A stretch of DNA of 47,652 nucleotides. Source: Oxalobacteraceae bacterium UBA7693. GTDB lineage: Bacteria > Pseudomonadota > Gammaproteobacteria > Burkholderiales > Burkholderiaceae_D. The notes below the pieces were generated by a model. That model had not been told where the DNA came from. It searched no databases and saw only the letters and a program-made list of their open reading frames with translations. The stretch covers positions 52,432-100,083 of the forward strand of contig DLGN01000398.1 of NCBI GenBank assembly GCA_002482715.1. Direction: 5' to 3'. Position 1 is the first letter of the stretch. Each line of letters starts with the position of its first letter. Made by a program: the position numbers and the translations under genes. Shown one piece after another: positions 27,565 through 36,210 of the stretch.

Positions 27565-27593
27565 TGCTGAAATGATGCTGAAATGATGCTGAA
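27565..27593 (+). repeat. Short 11-bp tandem repeat (about 2.6 copies) in a divergent intergenic region
   Basis: TGCTGAAATGA TGCTGAAATGA TGCTGAA. Confidence 0.7.
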
Positions 27594-27747
27594 TGCTTCT
27601 AAGATTGCCTGAATTTAGACAAGTGGTCTATGATTAAATGCAAAAACTGGATAGAGAACAACTACCCTGCGCTGACAACTTATTTTACGGTCCATCCGAG
27701 CGCCTGTTTTGCCGCATAATCACCTTATTCTGACAATAAAGATCAAC

Positions 27748-28215
27748 ATGTTAATACGTCCAGCCTGCTTAGAAGATGCCGATATCCTCAGTGCCTTGGT
27801 GCATAGCGTGGTAAGTTATCTGACTATCCATGACGATGGCCGAAACGCTGAAGCTTTTTTTGCCAGCATCACGCCCGCTGCAATGGCAGAACGTCTGCAA
27901 TCACCACAGTTTCGTTACTGGATTGCCCTTGACGATCATCAAGACGTTGTGGGCGCCGTGAGCATTCGAGATAATGCACATCTTTACCATTTGTTTGTCG
28001 ACCCTAAGCACCATCAACAAGGCTACGGCAGCCAACTCTGGTCGCATGTTAAAGCTTACGCTTTAGCCAATGGTAATCCTGGTGTATTCACCGTCAATTC
28101 ATCTCTGTTTGCCGAAAAAATGTATCGTAAGTTTGGTTTCGTCGCGACTGCCGAGAAACAAGAAATGCATGGTTTGGCCTATATTCCCATGACACTCACC
28201 TTGGCGGCTGAATGA
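27748..28215 (+). CDS. GNAT family N-acetyltransferase
   Basis: 'HLYHLFVDPKHHQQGYGSQL', 'TVNSSLFAEKMYRKFGF'; likely ATG at 27748. Confidence 0.9.
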   Translation: MLIRPACLEDADILSALVHSVVSYLTIHDDGRNAEAFFASITPAAMAERLQSPQFRYWIALDDHQDVVGAVSIRDNAHLYHLFVDPKHHQQGYGSQLWSHVKAYALANGNPGVFTVNSSLFAEKMYRKFGFVATAEKQEMHGLAYIPMTLTLAAE

Positions 28216-28736
28216 ATTCAGAATCTTTGCAAACATGGCGCAACATGTATGGATTCACTCAGATAAAAGCAGGCAAATTATTGACATCACTTCTGCTGAC
28301 TTTGTTGTTTTTTCTATGCATCACCTTTGGACCAGCCCATGCGCAAGTACTAACACAAACGACCAAAGAGCTAGGACATGGCTATCGATTTCAAGAATCG
28401 AAACAAATCAATGTATCAGGTCGCTGGCATAGTAATCAGAGTTTTAAATTTCTATACTTTGAAAAACGTTATCTTTGCCAATGCACGGAATTTAGTATTT
28501 CACCATCGGGAAAATATGCGATTTATCAGGTCAACGGTTCCACGACAATCACCAGTTTTAATCGCCACAAGGCACAAGTCACTAGTCACAATAAACTCAC
28601 TAAAGGTAAGTTGATACAGGTCGTCTGGGGTAAAAATGAGAAACAAGTCGAGTTGCATATCTTGCCGGAAAAACCTGCTGGAGAAAACGCTGATTCGGTC
28701 ACAACAACAGTAAAGAAACGCTTAACGCTGAAGTAA
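28212..28736 (+). CDS. Hypothetical exported protein
   Basis: ATGA overlap with the GNAT gene; hydrophobic signal ending AHA-Q; no family recognised; true start may be slightly downstream. Confidence 0.6.
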   Translation: MNSESLQTWRNMYGFTQIKAGKLLTSLLLTLLFFLCITFGPAHAQVLTQTTKELGHGYRFQESKQINVSGRWHSNQSFKFLYFEKRYLCQCTEFSISPSGKYAIYQVNGSTTITSFNRHKAQVTSHNKLTKGKLIQVVWGKNEKQVELHILPEKPAGENADSVTTTVKKRLTLK

Positions 28737-28804
28737 ATTTCAGTGCTGATTCAAGACAGACAACATCCAGTTTATGTGCAACTTCAGAATCATAAGGACA
28801 GGAA

Positions 28805-29503
28805 ATGAAAACACTTGGTTTAATCGGCGGCATGAGCTGGGAATCAACTATCCCTTATTATCGTCAAATCAATGAAACTGTAAAACAGTCGCTAGGTGGT
28901 TTGCATTCGGCAAAGCTGATTCTCTTTAGCGTTGATTTTCATGAAATCGAACTATTGCAAAGACAAGCTGATTGGGATGCAGCAGGAAAAATCCTCGCGC
29001 AAGCGGCCATGTCACTGGAACTTGCAGGCGCGGACACGGTGATTTTGTGTACAAACACCATGCATAAAGTCGCCGCCACAATCGAAGCTGCGGTGAAAAT
29101 CCCTTTACTCCACATTGCCGATCCAACAGCGGTCGACATCAAAAACCAAGGCTTACAGACAGTCGGTTTGCTTGGTACCCGTTTCACCATGGAGCAAGCG
29201 TTTTACAAAGACCGTCTGCGTCAACAACATGGATTACAAGTCGTCGTACCTTCAGACGAAGATCGTGACATCATCCATCGCATTATCTACGACGAATTAT
29301 GTCTTGGCATCATCCGCGAAGATTCACGTCAAGAATATCTTCGCATCATGTTAAAGCTGATCGAACAAGGAGTAGAGGGCATCATTCTTGGATGTACCGA
29401 AATTTCGCTATTGGTGCGCAATGGTGATTTATCCGTGCCGCTGTTCGATACCACCAGTTTGCACGCGCGCGCTGCAGCAAACTGGGCTTTAAGTAATCAC
29501 TAA
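28805..29503 (+). CDS. Aspartate/glutamate racemase family protein (YgeA/RacX-like)
   Basis: 'GLIGGMSWEST', 'LCTNTMH', 'ILGCTEI'. Confidence 0.93.
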   Translation: MKTLGLIGGMSWESTIPYYRQINETVKQSLGGLHSAKLILFSVDFHEIELLQRQADWDAAGKILAQAAMSLELAGADTVILCTNTMHKVAATIEAAVKIPLLHIADPTAVDIKNQGLQTVGLLGTRFTMEQAFYKDRLRQQHGLQVVVPSDEDRDIIHRIIYDELCLGIIREDSRQEYLRIMLKLIEQGVEGIILGCTEISLLVRNGDLSVPLFDTTSLHARAAANWALSNH

Positions 29504-29523
29504 TTATTTCGTCAGGAGTACTC

Positions 29524-30306
29524 ATGCATACGTCAATTCAACCAGCCATTTTCCTCGGCCACGGCAGTCCGATGAATGCAATTGAAGAGAATCAATTCAC
29601 TGCAGCATGGGAGGAACTCGGCAGAAAATTTCCCAAACCAAAAGCAATCTTGGCAATATCCGCGCACTGGATGACGGCGAATGTGGCAGTCACTGCCATG
29701 TCAGAGCCCCGCACAATTCACGATTTTGGCGGTTTCCCACCGGCCTTATTCGCCACCCAATATCCCGCACCCGGCAGTCCAGAACTCGCACAGCGCATCG
29801 TGCAATTATTAGGGCCGCTGCACGTGCATCAAGATTACACATGGGGTTTAGACCACGGCACTTGGTCGGTCTTAATCAAGATGTATCCTGAGGCGGATAT
29901 CCCGATTGTTCAGCTTAGTTTGAATTTGCATGAAAATACAGAATTCCATTTTCACTTAGGCAAACAATTAGCCAGCCTCCGCGATGAGGGCGTCATGATC
30001 CTTGCCAGCGGCAATATCGTACACAATTTGCGTCGCTTAGAGTTGCACAACAAAGGCTTCGATTGGGCACAACGCTTCGATACACACATTCATGATGCGA
30101 TCTTGCGCGAAGACTTCGCAGCCGTGACGAACTACACGCAATTCGGTCAAGATGCACAATTATCTGTGCCGACCGTTGAACACTACTTACCGCTACTGTA
30201 TGTCTTAGGTGCAAAACGCGAAGGTGATCAGATTTCCATCATCAATAAAGAATTAGTGATGGGTTCTATCAGTATGACTTCGGTGGTGATAGATCGTCAG
30301 GAATAA
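29524..30306 (+). CDS. ygiD: 4,5-DOPA extradiol dioxygenase (LigB-like)
   Basis: 'FLGHGSPMNA', 'ISAHW', 'TIHDFGGFP', 'WGLDHGTW', 'SGNIVHNL', 'PTVEHYLPLLY'. Confidence 0.92.
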   Translation: MHTSIQPAIFLGHGSPMNAIEENQFTAAWEELGRKFPKPKAILAISAHWMTANVAVTAMSEPRTIHDFGGFPPALFATQYPAPGSPELAQRIVQLLGPLHVHQDYTWGLDHGTWSVLIKMYPEADIPIVQLSLNLHENTEFHFHLGKQLASLRDEGVMILASGNIVHNLRRLELHNKGFDWAQRFDTHIHDAILREDFAAVTNYTQFGQDAQLSVPTVEHYLPLLYVLGAKREGDQISIINKELVMGSISMTSVVIDRQE

Positions 30307-30325
30307 ATTCAATAAGGGCAAATGC

Positions 30326-32752
30326 TTATTCCGCCAGATGTTGATGTGCCAAGAAATAGGCGATAGCCTGATCAGCAGGCAGGGCTTTAGAAAAATAGAA
30401 TCCCTGGCATAAATCGCAGCCAGCATCTCTGAGCACCATCAGTTCGTCTTGGGTTTCTACACCTTCAGCAACCACAGTTAAATTCATCGCGGAGGCAAGA
30501 GCAACGATACTATTAATGATGGGATTATCTTGCTTACTACCGCGACTCCCCTTCACAAAAGTACGATCAATTTTGATCACGTCTAATGTCAGTTGATGCA
30601 AATAATTGAGAGACGAATAGCCAGTTCCAAAATCATCTAGTAAGACTCGCACGTGATTCTTTTGCAGAACCTGGATATTATTTTGTGCAATCGCAAACTT
30701 CTCAATCACCGCACGTTCTGTAATTTCTATGCCCAAAGTATTGGGTTCAATTTTGAATTCATGGAGCAAGGCCAACACCGTGTTAATGAAATCTGGACTG
30801 GCAAAATGACGGCCAGAGATATTCACACTGACCTTCGGTGAAACGCCAGTTTGTTCACGCCATGCACTCATTTGTTGCAAAGCTTGGCGCAACACATAGC
30901 GGTCGATCTTTTCGATCAAGCGATGCTTCTCGGCGTAATCAATAAATTCGTTCGGTGGAATCCAAGATTTCAAGGGATGCAGCCATCGCAGTAAGGCCTC
31001 AAAACCGACTGCCAGACCGGTCGCAACATTCATCACCGGTTGGTAATGCAGAACAAACTGTTGCTCGTTCAATGCGGTATGAATCTCTTCACCCAGCACC
31101 AAATCACGCACGTTCGCACGATCGAGCAAAGGGTCATACAATTGGAAATGTCCGCGACCTGCGGCTTTGGCCTGATACATAGCCGCATCAGCACGTCGGA
31201 TAATTTCGCTGGCTGAGAGCGAGGTATCATGCGCAAATGCGATCCCAATACTGGTAGAACAAATGATCAAAGCCTCATTGGCCGCTATCGGTTGCTGCAA
31301 TGCCTGAATAATCCGCTCGGCTAAGTGAACGGCCGTCTCTTGCGTATCAATATCTTCTAGGAACAGGGCAAATTCATCACCACCGAGTCGCGCCACCGTG
31401 TCTAACTGACGGGTTTGTTGCGTCAGTAAATGGGCAAACTTCGTTAAGAGTGCATCACCAACCGCATGACCGTAACGATCATTAATCGTCTTAAATAAAT
31501 CGACATCCATATACAAGACCGCGCATAGTCTCTGTCCCTGCCGGTCTTGTTTTTTCAAGGCATGCGATACTCGGTCAAGAAACAAAGTACGGTTTGCTAA
31601 ACCAGTCAAAGCGTCATGCAGCGCCAAATGCTGTAGCTTCTTCTCGGTGACTTTGCGCTTTAATAAATTCGACACATGGCGCGAGACGAAACTCAGCAGT
31701 TCCCTATCTTTTTCCAGATACTGCACCAAAGGCGAATACGTCTGTACCACCAAAGCACCTTTCAGATCATCACCAGCATGAATTGGCACCCCTAACCACG
31801 ATTCCGCAATCGTTCCTAATAATTCAAAATCACCGCGCTGTATGCGCTCGACGATCTCCTCACGATTGAGTAAAAGTGAGGTGTTATTGAAAATCACCCA
31901 CGCGGACATACCGCGCATTTCAGTGTCAATCGGGCCAATATCAGCAGGAAGATCAGGATGCCTTTCATCGACAAAATACGGGAATTCGATGCGCCGGGTT
32001 TCTTCGTTATACACAGCAACGAAAAAAGATTTTGCGTACAGTAATTCTGCGATCAGATGATGGATTCGTTCATAGACCGTAAAAAAATTCTCATCTTCAT
32101 AGGTCAGCGCTGCGATATTGAATAAGACACTTTGCAACTTCTTCGCATATTCCAATTCACTAATAGATGACTCTAATTGATCAATCAGATTGGTCTGCGC
32201 TAGTTTTGCTGCGACCATGGAAGTGACTGCGGTAAGGATTTTAATCCGCTCGGCAGTGTAAAAATCTCGCTCTAAATTTTCACTATCAATCACACCAATC
32301 AGTTGGTCAGAATAAATGATAGGAATCGCCAACTCAGAGCCAGATTCTTGCATGTCAACGACGTATCCTGCATCCGCGCTCAAATCATTGACGACAATGA
32401 CTTCCCTGCGCAAAGCGGCACGCCCGACGAGACCTTCTCCCAAACGTAATTCAAGCGCATTACTCACTACACCTGGCTCTGCCATCTTATGTCCAAATGC
32501 CGATTGCTGGACCAGTAATTGCTGATGACTATCCCACAAATAAATCACACAATCCTCAAAACCCATCTGACCAACTACTTCATTGGCGGTGTACCAAAGC
32601 ACTTCCTCGCGGGTACGTAGACGCAACAAGGCAATCGCAAACTCACTCAAAATATTAAGCGAAGAATTGCGTTCACGCAGTAAGGCAATCTCTTGTTCTG
32701 TTTCAGTACCAATGAGCGGGTTTGTCGGCATAGCAGTGAAGTGCTCTCTCAC
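30326..32752 (-). CDS. GAF-GAF-GGDEF-EAL diguanylate cyclase/phosphodiesterase
   Basis: Two GAF-like domains ('GEGLVGRAA...SELAIPI', 'SWLGVPI'), RQLD I-site plus LGGDEF, FEALLRW, DDFGTGYSSL; alternative ATG at 32731. Confidence 0.92.
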   Translation of the reverse strand: MREHFTAMPTNPLIGTETEQEIALLRERNSSLNILSEFAIALLRLRTREEVLWYTANEVVGQMGFEDCVIYLWDSHQQLLVQQSAFGHKMAEPGVVSNALELRLGEGLVGRAALRREVIVVNDLSADAGYVVDMQESGSELAIPIIYSDQLIGVIDSENLERDFYTAERIKILTAVTSMVAAKLAQTNLIDQLESSISELEYAKKLQSVLFNIAALTYEDENFFTVYERIHHLIAELLYAKSFFVAVYNEETRRIEFPYFVDERHPDLPADIGPIDTEMRGMSAWVIFNNTSLLLNREEIVERIQRGDFELLGTIAESWLGVPIHAGDDLKGALVVQTYSPLVQYLEKDRELLSFVSRHVSNLLKRKVTEKKLQHLALHDALTGLANRTLFLDRVSHALKKQDRQGQRLCAVLYMDVDLFKTINDRYGHAVGDALLTKFAHLLTQQTRQLDTVARLGGDEFALFLEDIDTQETAVHLAERIIQALQQPIAANEALIICSTSIGIAFAHDTSLSASEIIRRADAAMYQAKAAGRGHFQLYDPLLDRANVRDLVLGEEIHTALNEQQFVLHYQPVMNVATGLAVGFEALLRWLHPLKSWIPPNEFIDYAEKHRLIEKIDRYVLRQALQQMSAWREQTGVSPKVSVNISGRHFASPDFINTVLALLHEFKIEPNTLGIEITERAVIEKFAIAQNNIQVLQKNHVRVLLDDFGTGYSSLNYLHQLTLDVIKIDRTFVKGSRGSKQDNPIINSIVALASAMNLTVVAEGVETQDELMVLRDAGCDLCQGFYFSKALPADQAIAYFLAHQHLAE

Positions 32753-32963
32753 AAAGTCGGCGTTATTGATTTAGAAAGATCAATAATGATTCATAGAGTT
32801 TCTATGACGTTCGTTTTTTACGAAAGCAATTATGCAGGAATTTCTTTCATATTCTGAAGGAAATTAGATATCTAAGAATACAAAACAACAAAGTGCTGGT
32901 CGCGCTATGTTTCTCTCAATCCAAGTGAGAGCCAAACAGACCAAAGCTAGTACTGATAAAGAA

Positions 32964-32997
32964 AAAAGCAAAACTGAAAGTTGTCAGTTTTGCTTTT
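32964..32997 (-). terminator. Intrinsic terminator downstream of the hppD-VOC operon
   Basis: AAAAGCAAAACTGA-aagttg-TCAGTTTTGCTTTT with an extended A-run on the left (U-tract on the minus strand). Confidence 0.7.
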
Positions 32998-33027
32998 CCT
33001 ATTACCCAAAAAGCTTACTGATTGCAC

Positions 33028-33576
33028 TTACTGCGAAAATTCTTTTTCATGCAACCATGCCGCGTGATGCACGGTGCGTTTACTGGCTGTCCAATCCGCC
33101 AACATCTGTGGTGCCAATTGGTTCAAGCGCTGCAACATCTCCGGTGTTGATGTATTCGCGGCTAGTTCGATGCGATGCCCATTCGGATCATTAAAATAAA
33201 TTGATTGAAACAATTCATGATTAGTTGGCCCTACTACATCTAATCCCAAACTTTCTAAATGTGCCTTTGCCTTGATCAAACTATCCATATTCTCGACTTT
33301 AAACGCCAAGTGTTGCACCCAGGCTGGCGTATTTAAATCACGCCCCATCGGTGGGGAATTCGGTATCTCAAAAAATGCCAACACATTGCCATTGCCAGCA
33401 TCCAAAAATACATGCATGTAAGGATCTTCTTCTTTGGTCGATGGAACGCGATCTTCAGAAATTGCCAACATAAAATTCATACCTAAAGCGTTCTGATAAA
33501 ACTCCACGGTTTCCTTGGTATCGTGACAACGATATGCGACGTGATGTACGCCCTGCAATGCCGATGCAAATGTCAT
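33028..33576 (-). CDS. VOC/glyoxalase-fold protein co-transcribed with hppD
   Basis: 'VHHVAYRC', 'YMHVFLDAGNGNVLAFFE', 'WVQHLAF', 'SIYFNDPNGHRIELA'; ATG at 33576 is better spaced from the AGGAGA RBS than 33582. Confidence 0.88.
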   Translation of the reverse strand: MTFASALQGVHHVAYRCHDTKETVEFYQNALGMNFMLAISEDRVPSTKEEDPYMHVFLDAGNGNVLAFFEIPNSPPMGRDLNTPAWVQHLAFKVENMDSLIKAKAHLESLGLDVVGPTNHELFQSIYFNDPNGHRIELAANTSTPEMLQRLNQLAPQMLADWTASKRTVHHAAWLHEKEFSQ

Positions 33577-33587
33577 GATCATTCTCC

Positions 33588-34622
33588 TTAAATAACGCCA
33601 CGGCGTTCTTGGTCTTTCTCAATCGAACGGAATAAGGCACCGAAATTACCTTCGCCAAAACTCAAATTATTTTCGCGTTGGATGATCTCGATAAAGATAG
33701 GGCCGATGATGTTTTTTGTGAATATTTGCAATAGATAGCCATCATCATCGCCATCAACCAAGACCTGATGCCGCGCAATTCGCGTGTGATCTTGACGCAC
33801 ATTGGGCACACGCTGGAATACATCTTGATAGTATTCATCATCAATATCCAAAGTCTCAATCTCACTGCCTTGCAATTGATCGAGAGATTGCAGAATATCT
33901 TTCGTCAGGAAGGCTAAATGTTGAACGCCTGGACCGTTGTAGTCACGCAGATATTCAGCGATTTGATCTTGTTCATTCTTTGGTTGATTGATAGGAATAC
34001 AAAAACTGCCATCTGGCGAACGCAGCGCATAACTAGTTAAGCCTGTTTTAGCCCCCTGAATATCAAAGTAACGGACTTCGGTAAAGCCAAAAATATTTTT
34101 ATAGAAATTGGCCCATTTTTCTTGCTCACCAAACGGTACATTATTGGTTAGATGATCGACGCATAAAAACCCTTTGTCTGCTTGCACTAGTGGCGATGCC
34201 AACGCAACAAAATCGCGTTCGTAAATCGACAAACCACTGACAGCTGGTTCGATAAAATAAATCAAACTATCACCAATCCCATACACCGCTGGATAAGCGT
34301 GGTCTTTATCATTATCAGCAGCTACGCGCGCGCCACGCTTGACAGCTTCTTGCAAAGCAAACTGCGCATTGTCGACCCGCCATCCCATAGAACAAATTGA
34401 TGGACCGTGTTTCTTCGCAAATTCGGCTGAATTACCTTGGCGCTCACTGTTAATCAAGAAATGAATATCATTTTGGCGAAAGTAACTGATCGCTTTGGAC
34501 GCGTGCTGACGTAATTTTGAAAAGCCGAACGCCCAAAATAGTTTTTCCAAATACTCAGCAGATGGCCCACAAAATTCAGTGAATTCTATGCCGCGTAGCT
34601 GAAGTGGATTTGCTTGTGTCAT
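33588..34622 (-). CDS. hppD: 4-hydroxyphenylpyruvate dioxygenase
   Basis: 'VDHLTNNV', 'GPGVQHLAF', 'YLLQIFT', 'FIEIIQR', 'FGEGNFGALFRSIEKDQERRGV'. Confidence 0.96.
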   Translation of the reverse strand: MTQANPLQLRGIEFTEFCGPSAEYLEKLFWAFGFSKLRQHASKAISYFRQNDIHFLINSERQGNSAEFAKKHGPSICSMGWRVDNAQFALQEAVKRGARVAADNDKDHAYPAVYGIGDSLIYFIEPAVSGLSIYERDFVALASPLVQADKGFLCVDHLTNNVPFGEQEKWANFYKNIFGFTEVRYFDIQGAKTGLTSYALRSPDGSFCIPINQPKNEQDQIAEYLRDYNGPGVQHLAFLTKDILQSLDQLQGSEIETLDIDDEYYQDVFQRVPNVRQDHTRIARHQVLVDGDDDGYLLQIFTKNIIGPIFIEIIQRENNLSFGEGNFGALFRSIEKDQERRGVI

Positions 34623-34729
34623 GGTCAGTCTCCGTTGAAATTTTCATCACCAACACCGCGTTAGTGAATTTTCTTGTCACTGTAATCAACACACTCAAAC
34701 AAAAAAAGCGTAATATTTTGCACATCTCT

Positions 34730-34744
34730 ATCAAATAAATCGAT
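34730..34744. promoter_or_regulatory. Putative LysR box between divergent hppD and lysR
   Basis: ATC-aaataaatc-GAT (ATC-N9-GAT, T-N11-A core) just upstream of the LysR gene. Confidence 0.45.
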
Positions 34745-34771
34745 CATGTTTAGTCGATATGCTGTGCACTT

Positions 34772-35650
34772 ATGAGTCTGGATCTGAATTTTTTACTCGC
34801 GCTCGATACTGTGGTGCGCGAAGGGAGTGTCGCGAAAGCCGCACTGCGCTTGCACAGAGCACAGTCAGCGATCAGCTATCAAATCAAACAACTTGAACAG
34901 CAATTAGGTTTAACGTTGCTTGATCGCGATGGCTATCGCGTCAAACTGACTTCTGCTGGCGAAGTGATCTTATCGGAAGGACGTCGCTTGCTGATACAAG
35001 CGAATCAATTGGAAGTATTGGCGCAAGAACTCAATCAAGAATGGGAAGCCAAGCTCTTGGTGATTATCGATGGAATTTTGCCACTGCAATCGATCTTAAA
35101 AGCATTAAAGAATTTAGCCGATGAAGGCGCGCCGACGCGGGTGCAAGTGAAGGTGGAATTTTTACAAGGCGTGCAGCATCGCTTCGAAGCAGACAAAGCC
35201 GATTTGATGATCGTCAAAGATTACATCCCTCATCCGCATCTGCGTGCGGAAAATCTGTCAGAAATTGAATGCGTACTCTGTGTCAGTACCACCCATCCCT
35301 TAGCTGGTATGCGCAATATCAGTCTCGCACAATTGCAAGAGCACACCGAATTATCGGTACAAGACTCTAGCCAAAGCAGTAATGACCAACACATCTTTGG
35401 AAGTGAACGGGTATTTTATTTAGATGGCTTTTTCGCTAAAAAAGAAGCACTAATGATGGGCTTAGGCTACGGTTGGATGCCAAGCTTTTTAGTTCGTGCA
35501 GAACTCAAAAAGAAGCAATTAGTCGAAGTGAAGTTTATCGAAGATTCGCGCTATCGCTTCACTCCCAAAATGGTACATCATCGCGACCAAAATTTAGGTC
35601 GCGCCGGACGACGATTGGCAGAATTATTGCGTGCAGAAACTTCTGCATAA
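34772..35650 (+). CDS. LysR-family transcriptional regulator, probable regulator of hppD
   Basis: HTH 'VVREGSVAKAALRLHRAQSAISYQIKQLEQQLG'; divergent from hppD. Confidence 0.92.
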   Translation: MSLDLNFLLALDTVVREGSVAKAALRLHRAQSAISYQIKQLEQQLGLTLLDRDGYRVKLTSAGEVILSEGRRLLIQANQLEVLAQELNQEWEAKLLVIIDGILPLQSILKALKNLADEGAPTRVQVKVEFLQGVQHRFEADKADLMIVKDYIPHPHLRAENLSEIECVLCVSTTHPLAGMRNISLAQLQEHTELSVQDSSQSSNDQHIFGSERVFYLDGFFAKKEALMMGLGYGWMPSFLVRAELKKKQLVEVKFIEDSRYRFTPKMVHHRDQNLGRAGRRLAELLRAETSA

Positions 35651-35656
35651 ATGGAT

Positions 35657-35683
35657 AAAAAAACGGCAGCACGCTGGCTGCCG
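35657..35683 (-). terminator. Putative terminator between convergent genes
   Basis: A-run followed by CGGCAGC-acgctg-GCTGCCG. Confidence 0.55.
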
Positions 35684-35750
35684 CAAACACATGAACTGAC
35701 TAAAACTTGAACCCAGATACTTCATACTTCATATTTCCTACTGATAGGAC

Positions 35751-35783
35751 TTAGTGCTTATTTAGTGCTTATTTAGTGCTTAA
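35751..35783. repeat. 11-bp unit in three tandem copies, triplicating the stop-codon region of the 141-aa gene
   Basis: TTAGTGCTTAT TTAGTGCTTAT TTAGTGCTTAA. Confidence 0.8.
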
Positions 35784-36198
35784 TCACTTTCACAGACTTA
35801 TTCACTTTAGATGCATCAATATAAGCAATCGCCCCTGGCGTGCTGGCAACAAACTTCAAAATATCTTCATCACTTGCCATTTCTTTTGGTGGCTTCGCAC
35901 CACCGGTAAAAATTTGCCGCGCCCACTGAGCCTTCAACTGTGCAGGATTTTTCTTGAGTAGCTTATTACCAAATTCCTCGCGCACAGCACCTTCTTTTTG
36001 ATCAATCGGCGTAGCTTCACTTCCGTTAGAAAAGGTTTTGGTTTGTCCTAGAAAAATTTTCGCAAACTGCTCTTCATCAATCGCAGCGGAATTCGCAGGA
36101 TTGACGATAAGCACCACATCCGCCACAGCAGCTGCGCTGCAACTCATCGCAGACACGATACCGACATAGCCTAATAATTTAGGAAAGGAAAAATGCAT
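35773..36198 (-). CDS. Small periplasmic PBP-like protein (often annotated phosphate ABC substrate-binding protein)
   Basis: Signal peptide; 'DVVLIVNPAN', 'KIFLG', 'WARQIFTGGAKPP', 'VASTPGAIAYID'. Confidence 0.8.
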   Translation of the reverse strand: MHFSFPKLLGYVGIVSAMSCSAAAVADVVLIVNPANSAAIDEEQFAKIFLGQTKTFSNGSEATPIDQKEGAVREEFGNKLLKKNPAQLKAQWARQIFTGGAKPPKEMASDEDILKFVASTPGAIAYIDASKVNKSVKVIKH

Positions 36199-36210
36199 GA
36201 TATTTCTCCT

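Noticed and set aside
32907-33194. 95-aa plus-strand ORF
   Set aside because: Runs through a terminator hairpin and antisense into the VOC gene.
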